64,000 nt of DNA from a virus, in IMG/VR virus record IMGVR_UViG_3300014202_000807; one strand, written 5' to 3'. The notes beneath the pieces are model-generated. The model ran no database searches. It had not been told where the DNA came from and saw nothing but the letters and a program-made list of their open reading frames with translations. The position numbers and the translations under genes are program-made. Positions 58,658-64,000 of this stretch are shown piece after piece (position 1 is the stretch's first letter; the number at the start of each line of letters is the position of its first letter).

Positions 58658-59202
58658 ATCACAACCCTCCCGGTTCTTGATCGCAGGACTATCTGAGAAT
58701 CGAATGACTCTATCAGAATCCTTCCGTCGCTACGTATCTCAGTGCGATCAAATGCCATGGTTTTCAAATCTTTATATGCCCTTATCAGACAATCAGCATC
58801 AGAACTAACCTGAAAATCATTTCCAGCCTTAAGCCGAATATCGGAACCGGCCAGAGCATTAATCAGCACATTCGCCAAAAACTCTATGTTTTCGTGATGC
58901 CACCTGCGCCAGTCAACTGAATTTCCTGCCTGCGGGTTTCGGTAGCCGGTTATGATTGGATAACGCGAGTCACCGCCTATGAACGATATCCATACGGTAT
59001 CCCCTGGCAATATTTCAATTTCTGTTTCGTACTGCCCAAGCCTTGATTTATCGCCTATCGAGTACTCTATTTCTGCCTCTGGAAGAACGTCTCCGCCTTC
59101 AGTCAAGTCAGGCATTTCAACACGACATGTGCGCCTCTGTTGATCGTAAGATCGAACAACAGCAGGGTATCTACCGGGCATGTAACCGTATTTATCCATC
59201 AC
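58654..59202 (-). CDS. Baseplate spike gpV-like protein
   Basis: YPAVVRSYD..RRTCRV, GDTVWISFIGGD.RYPIITG OB-fold. Confidence 0.75.
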   Translation of the reverse strand: MMDKYGYMPGRYPAVVRSYDQQRRTCRVEMPDLTEGGDVLPEAEIEYSIGDKSRLGQYETEIEILPGDTVWISFIGGDSRYPIITGYRNPQAGNSVDWRRWHHENIEFLANVLINALAGSDIRLKAGNDFQVSSDADCLIRAYKDLKTMAFDRTEIRSDGRILIESFDSQIVLRSRTGRVVI

Positions 59203-60101
59203 TCTTCAAGCGTCCCTAGCCAAAGCTTTGTGTACTGATTATTTCCTGAGCCATCAGTCCCGGATTCAAAAACATGAGCTACTGTTATCACGCAAAACAG
59301 TTCTTCATTTTCGCTAACCGACTTAATCACGTCACCAGCAACAATCTTTGGCGAAAGATTAATCTTTGATGACTTCCTTTGCACCAGGCAACGAGTCATG
59401 TTCATCAGCTGCCCGGCGTCCTTAAACGGCACATATCGTGCGCTACGAGGATTCTTTTTGTTTCCGCTAACAATCGATCCATCTTCATTTGTCGAGAAGA
59501 ACCAAGGTATTTCATGCCGCTCAATGAATCCGCTATCAAACTCATCCGATGCATTTTCGGGCAAGTCCATGACTGGCTTCTGAGTAAAAATATCCTTCAG
59601 CCGGAAAAATTCCAGCCTGCCAGACCTCCATCGAACAACGCCACCCTCTTCTTGCAGCAATCTAGCTATATGAAAGCTTGGCGTGTCACCGGCAAAACAA
59701 TAGAACCTTGGCACAGTGAAATCACCATCAACAGCCTTGATTGAAGCCCCAGCAGCCCGGTAAATTGATGAAAGAGAATTTCTTTCCTTGATTATCGCCC
59801 TGCTGCGCACAAACGCAATGCTGTGGCAGTTATCAAGTAGCGCGGTAATCCTGACTGCATCCATTTCCCGCTTACCTTGGGCCATCCTGTTCAGAACCTT
59901 CACTGACTTGATAATTCTAAGCGCATCGCCACTGCTTCCAATCGTGACAATTTCGCCCTCCGATAGCCTTTCTTCAAGATCCTCATCAATCCGTATTTCG
60001 GCCTCAAGCGTTACTGGAACTGGCGACAAATCCGAGCGCAAGACAGCAGACCTCAGCAGGTCTCCGCGTATCTGGTTGCCGTTGTTGAGGTGTATAATCA
60101 T
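59199..60101 (-). CDS. Baseplate hub-like protein
   Basis: LRSDLSPVPVTLEA; upstream of the spike. Confidence 0.6.
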   Translation of the reverse strand: MIIHLNNGNQIRGDLLRSAVLRSDLSPVPVTLEAEIRIDEDLEERLSEGEIVTIGSSGDALRIIKSVKVLNRMAQGKREMDAVRITALLDNCHSIAFVRSRAIIKERNSLSSIYRAAGASIKAVDGDFTVPRFYCFAGDTPSFHIARLLQEEGGVVRWRSGRLEFFRLKDIFTQKPVMDLPENASDEFDSGFIERHEIPWFFSTNEDGSIVSGNKKNPRSARYVPFKDAGQLMNMTRCLVQRKSSKINLSPKIVAGDVIKSVSENEELFCVITVAHVFESGTDGSGNNQYTKLWLGTLEE

Positions 60102-60605
60102 CTACGCTGCTTTATTAAACTCAGGTTTACAATAGAATCCAGCCACTCCGAAATTCATCAATCTACGCTTACTTTCTTCCCCAATAGCCAAGAAAACACT
60201 TGGCGCTCCAGAATTGCCTTTGCCACGCTCACCGTTCGGTTTATGAAATGTTATCCGGCCAGACGGAAAGAACAAAAGCCAATCGTGCCTGGCAACTCGC
60301 TGAAACCATGCCGTTTCAGTTCTGGCAAAGATCAGGGCTATTCCTTCTCCGTGCTCAGCAAGCTTGTGTAGCCATGCTTCAGCATGCTTACCATACGGAG
60401 GATTGACCCAGACGACCCCATGCCAAGGCAATTCCAGGTCATTGCAATCAGCCTCGGCATAGTGCTTGCTGGCCGTCGGCCACGGCCTTGGCTCTGCCGC
60501 GCACGGGTCAAGATCGAACGGCCCGAGCGCTTCAATAATATGCCTTGGAGTGAGCCAGATATTGGTTTCTCCTTCGTTCGGTCTTTCATGCGAACCAATG
60601 CCCAA
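60102..60605 (-). CDS. Phage DNA N6-adenine methyltransferase
   Basis: WLTP, FDLDPCA, WVNPPY, ARTETAWF, GRITF. Confidence 0.9.
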   Translation of the reverse strand: MGIGSHERPNEGETNIWLTPRHIIEALGPFDLDPCAAEPRPWPTASKHYAEADCNDLELPWHGVVWVNPPYGKHAEAWLHKLAEHGEGIALIFARTETAWFQRVARHDWLLFFPSGRITFHKPNGERGKGNSGAPSVFLAIGEESKRRLMNFGVAGFYCKPEFNKAA

Positions 60606-60623
60606 TTTACATCCCTCTTTCTG

Positions 60624-61010
60624 CTATACAGTGATTATATCTTGCACAAATGCCCGCTTCGGCAATTCCATTTCGATCTGCATGATCTCCTGCCCGATCT
60701 CGCTTGATGACCTGGCAAACACATCGACACCAGCGCCTCTTGATGCCTCCAACTGTATGGCCGTTTCTCTCTCGCAATACAGGTAGAACAGCGGACGAAT
60801 TACAGCCCACTCGGAATCACTCAGCAACGTATCAGGCGATATTTTCGGCAACGGCGGTGTAAGCGCATCACGGGACTCGATGCCAGCAAACCCGGCATAG
60901 AATACTGTCGCAGAAACAGCCATGGATAACGCAATAGGCGTGTCCAGCATGTTTGATGTCATGCGTTCCTGCAACAGGAACTCGTCTACGCGGTCAGAGA
61001 TTGTGGCCAT
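60624..61010 (-). CDS. Structural-module hypothetical protein
   Basis: SEWAVIRPLF...EASRG motif. Confidence 0.6.
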   Translation of the reverse strand: MATISDRVDEFLLQERMTSNMLDTPIALSMAVSATVFYAGFAGIESRDALTPPLPKISPDTLLSDSEWAVIRPLFYLYCERETAIQLEASRGAGVDVFARSSSEIGQEIMQIEMELPKRAFVQDIITV

Positions 61011-61019
61011 TCAAAATGA

Positions 61020-61520
61020 TTAACTGTAGTTTTCAGAATTTCCCGGAATTATTTCACCAAAATAGTGGTAGTGCAGGGTTCCGCTAAACAGCAATATTTG
61101 CGAGCGGTTTTCCCAATCACGATCCGGGTCATCTAGTTGAATGAAGCAGTCAACCAACTTCTTTGCCCTCAAGAACCGCTGCGGCGTTCCTTCGTACACC
61201 GTGGCGTTAAATATCCCGCCAGAAGTAATAAGGTTAACCATCATGTTATCGATCGATCCTTGGGTTGTTTCCATGAACGTAACCGGCCCCTGGTGCCTAA
61301 TCTTTATTTGTTGTGGCTGAACATAGGCCGCGCCAAGTGGCGATGACACTTCAATCTCGCCTTCCGGCGAAACCTCTGGCCACGGCGCTTGCTTGCACAG
61401 CAAATAATTCTGCTCAAATCCGGCAATTTCAAACGTGAAGTCGCTTGAAATAATCTTTGCGCCGAGCGCTTTTGTTACGTCGTAAAAGCCTTTCAGATAC
61501 TGCGTGTTAGATACGGTCAT
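61020..61520 (-). CDS. Tail tube-like protein
   Basis: Size and motifs (KQAPWP, ETTQG, GTLHYHYFG) typical of P1-type tube proteins. Confidence 0.6.
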   Translation of the reverse strand: MTVSNTQYLKGFYDVTKALGAKIISSDFTFEIAGFEQNYLLCKQAPWPEVSPEGEIEVSSPLGAAYVQPQQIKIRHQGPVTFMETTQGSIDNMMVNLITSGGIFNATVYEGTPQRFLRAKKLVDCFIQLDDPDRDWENRSQILLFSGTLHYHYFGEIIPGNSENYS

Positions 61521-61635
61521 GATTGCATTCCCTGGAATTAAATATCCGATGGGAAGACTTTATGCGATGGGGTATGTGCGGAAGCGTTTGTTTTTCCTGT
61601 TTAAGAAAAAGTTTTGTTGATAAATTCAAAATAGG

Positions 61636-61663
61636 TTGATATTTTAAATTAGATCGGTATAAT
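61636..61663 (+). promoter_or_regulatory. Sigma70 promoter of island 2
   Basis: TTGATA-N16-TATAAT. Confidence 0.7.
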
Positions 61664-61698
61664 TACTCACATGCAGTAATTAATCAGGAGAGAGAAAA

Positions 61699-61974
61699 AT
61701 GGAATATGACATAGAAATCGCTGAATTTAATAGCGCAGGAATCAGAGCTGAAGCAAAGATACACGGGATTACCCACATGCGCGAAATCGGCGGAGGGTAC
61801 GTATCCGGACACGAAGGTGAGGCTGATTGGTATATAAGATTCTACGCCTTGCCTCACCCAAAAGGCTGGGAGTTCCGTGTGGCCGACACCAACGCAGACC
61901 CAGTATGGGAAGGGTCCGACGCGGAAGAATTTGCCAACCTTGCCGCGCAATGCGGGGTTGATTTAAATAACTAA
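61699..61974 (+). CDS. Hypothetical protein
   Basis: AGGAG RBS; DTNADPVWE. Confidence 0.65.
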   Translation: MEYDIEIAEFNSAGIRAEAKIHGITHMREIGGGYVSGHEGEADWYIRFYALPHPKGWEFRVADTNADPVWEGSDAEEFANLAAQCGVDLNN

Positions 61975-61995
61975 ACTCTAAAAGGAGGCGGGAAA

Positions 61996-62643
61996 ATGAG
62001 AAACGAAAAAAATACGATCAGTATGTTCGCAACAGCAAATCCTACTGACAAATGGGTCGTTGCGATTGACGGTTTCTTTTGCTACGCGGGCAGCAAAGCG
62101 GAGGCAGAATCAATTTACGACACGGCAATGAAGGGAAGTGACGGGCACATAGAAGAATCTGGATTCGGGTCAATTGACATCATTCCGCCCCATCATTACC
62201 CGCGATACATTAACGACTATCAACCAGATGGCGGAGTAGTTGATGTAACAACACGCGCCCCGATAGACTTGGCTGGTTACATCCAAAAAAATGATGCAAG
62301 ACTTTCAGCAAGAGTGCATGCGCGGAAAGATTTGCTTGCGACAACAAGCGCAAGACAAAGACTCGCTGACGCAAAAGAAGATTTGATGGTGCTGCTTGGC
62401 ATGAGCGCAACAACATGGAGAAACTCGGACAAGATGACTAAAAAGCATGGATTGACAGGAAAAAAAGGTAACAACACGAAGCCCGAGTCTGAAAAAAGAT
62501 CATCCAGACTAAATATCTGGTGTCACCCTGGTGACAAAGAGGCATGGAAAGAGGCAGCTGAACTGGCCGGGGAAACTCTTAGCACATGGGTGAACGATAC
62601 TCTTAACGAGAAAGCAAAATCCCGCCACAAGAATAACCCGTGA
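61996..62643 (+). CDS. Protein with C-terminal ribbon-helix-helix DNA-binding domain
   Basis: AAGGAGG RBS; RLNIW...KEAWKEAAELAGETLSTWVNDTLN. Confidence 0.7.
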   Translation: MRNEKNTISMFATANPTDKWVVAIDGFFCYAGSKAEAESIYDTAMKGSDGHIEESGFGSIDIIPPHHYPRYINDYQPDGGVVDVTTRAPIDLAGYIQKNDARLSARVHARKDLLATTSARQRLADAKEDLMVLLGMSATTWRNSDKMTKKHGLTGKKGNNTKPESEKRSSRLNIWCHPGDKEAWKEAAELAGETLSTWVNDTLNEKAKSRHKNNP

Positions 62644-62654
62644 CGGGATTTTTT
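62616..62654. terminator. Bidirectional terminator
   Basis: AAAATCCCGCCAC...GTGACGGGATTTTTT between convergent genes. Confidence 0.65.
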
Positions 62655-62677
62655 GGACTGACTGGATTGTGCCCAGA

Positions 62678-63046
62678 TTATGGCTGCTGCGCTTCTTCCG
62701 GCAAAGGTTCCGTGATTCCGCTTTCGTCATCTTCGGGATCTTCAACTGGCGGCGGCGCATCAGGGTTCAGATCATCCAGAGCCTGAGCAATAGATTCCAG
62801 CTCATTCATTGCATCAATTGCTTCTTGAGGCAACTCAACATCAGTGAGCGCGTCCTGAAGGGCATTAATCTGCCCGATAATTTCCGCACTTGCCTTGTGC
62901 AGTTGAGCATTGATCACATTCAGTTTTTCAGCCAATTCATTAACTTTAGTCATAATTCTTCCCAAAATAAGTTCGTGTCGTTTTAGAAGCTTAATTACGT
63001 CCGGCGGACACGGTGCGCCGACATAAATATGAGTTGTGTTTGTCAT
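62678..63046 (-). CDS. Acidic coiled-coil protein
   Basis: QLHKASAEI...AQALDDLNPD. Confidence 0.6.
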   Translation of the reverse strand: MTNTTHIYVGAPCPPDVIKLLKRHELILGRIMTKVNELAEKLNVINAQLHKASAEIIGQINALQDALTDVELPQEAIDAMNELESIAQALDDLNPDAPPPVEDPEDDESGITEPLPEEAQQP

Positions 63047-63405
63047 TATTCCTGGCAGTAAATTTTACGTTCCCACCTGTCCTTGCATAAACTTCCGGCG
63101 CAGGTCTTTATTTCCACCGGCAGCCATTGCATGTTTGATACCTCATCTTTCCCTCCACAGGCAAGCGGAATTGTGTGATCTATCTGCCACCCGTCACACG
63201 AATCATATAATGCCGCTCCGGTCGGGCATGGCCATCGTTTCCTGAATTCATTCTTTACCTTCCAGCTTCTCAATATCTTGCCGTAAGAATTGCGCTTGAT
63301 TTCTTCCACACAACATCTTGTTTCCTGATATCCATCAGCAGAAACTGACGCCGAAGGCAACGACACAAGACAAGCGACAATCACAATGGCAACTGCATAC
63401 CTCAT
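63046..63405 (-). CDS. Signal-peptide HNH nuclease
   Basis: N-terminal signal peptide (ASVSA); CP.G...C.GWQIDHTIPLACGGKD..NMQW. Confidence 0.8.
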   Translation of the reverse strand: MRYAVAIVIVACLVSLPSASVSADGYQETRCCVEEIKRNSYGKILRSWKVKNEFRKRWPCPTGAALYDSCDGWQIDHTIPLACGGKDEVSNMQWLPVEIKTCAGSLCKDRWERKIYCQE

Positions 63406-63926
63406 TCAACCACCTCGACGATCTGCTCAACCTCACTCTTAACAGCCTTGAAATACGCCTTAAGGGTTTCGCGCTCGCGGTATAACTCCCAAATCCCGTC
63501 GCTTAATTCTTCTTCGGTGACTTGAATGTCTTGATAAACTCCTCCGGAGATTCGTATTCCAGATCCACCGGTGGATTCAGTAGCGTCGCCGGTACCTTCG
63601 GTTTTTCCTCGCAAGGCGTCTCCATCACAAGAGGCCGCTTTGACACGGAACTGCACCCTACGAGCGTCAGCAAGATCAGCGGTAAGCCGATTAAGTACAT
63701 TGTCTTTTTCATTGATTGCCCTCAATAAAGTAATTTCATTCTGTTCATTTTGTTTTGCAACACGTTCCATGGCCTTCCCGAGTTCAACAGCAAGCTTTTC
63801 CTGTTGCTTTGCCTCTTTCTCAAGCCATTCAGCGTTTTTTATCTTCATTCCATGGTCAAGGCCGATGAATCCGGCCCCGCCAACTGAAAGAAGGAATACG
63901 ATTATTCCGATGAGAATATTTGTCAT
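63402..63926 (-). CDS. Rz-like inner-membrane spanin
   Basis: N-terminal TM segment plus coiled coil; contains a nested lipoprotein gene. Confidence 0.8.
   Translation of the reverse strand: MTNILIGIIVFLLSVGGAGFIGLDHGMKIKNAEWLEKEAKQQEKLAVELGKAMERVAKQNEQNEITLLRAINEKDNVLNRLTADLADARRVQFRVKAASCDGDALRGKTEGTGDATESTGGSGIRISGGVYQDIQVTEEELSDGIWELYRERETLKAYFKAVKSEVEQIVEVVE
63503..63700 (-). CDS. Rz1-like outer-membrane spanin (nested)
   Basis: Lipobox LVGC, Pro-rich (VPATLLNPP), alternate frame inside Rz. Confidence 0.8.
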   Translation of the reverse strand: MYLIGLPLILLTLVGCSSVSKRPLVMETPCEEKPKVPATLLNPPVDLEYESPEEFIKTFKSPKKN

Positions 63927-64000
63927 TGTTCATTTCCTTTTTTGCATTCCAGTCGATCCTTTGAGTAGAAATTGTACAGATACCCAATCAAAGCAAGCGG
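63923..64000 (-). CDS. 3' end of membrane protein (possible holin, partial)
   Basis: PLALIGYLYNFYSKDR...; ATGA overlap with Rz. Confidence 0.4.
   Translation of the reverse strand, partial: PLALIGYLYNFYSKDRLECKKGNEQ

Noticed and set aside
63503..63700. Nested ORF as a novelty
   Set aside because: It is the well-known embedded Rz/Rz1 arrangement.

Overview
The whole window is phage DNA with no host genes, from a temperate myovirus-like genome that continues past both ends. It joins a lambdoid early half to a P1-like virion half. The early half has a cI/cro switch with ACAAC-N5-GTTGT operators, DUF1376/DUF6475 replication genes, a nin-like region, YqaJ/RecT/RdgC recombination genes, xis/int and an apparently intact attP carrying a tRNA/tmRNA 3' end. 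The virion half has baseplate, tail tube and fibre genes, DarA-, DarB- and Hdf-like antirestriction proteins, and nested Rz/Rz1; the terminase genes lie apart from it, at the end of the leftward early operon. The main finding is a 409-aa intein in helicase motif II of DarB (47422-48648). Its own reading frame has no recognisable endonuclease, but a zinc-finger/Vsr(DUF559)-type endonuclease is encoded wholly inside it in the +1 frame. Other highlights: an SbcC/Rad50-like ATPase split in two by a free-standing HNH gene with no intron, a phage acyl carrier protein, a tandem structured-RNA array, a tRNA-like element, a four-copy late-promoter motif, two counter-oriented islands with paralogous promoters, and candidate anti-defence proteins. 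All family assignments come from motifs recognised by eye; no database searches were run.
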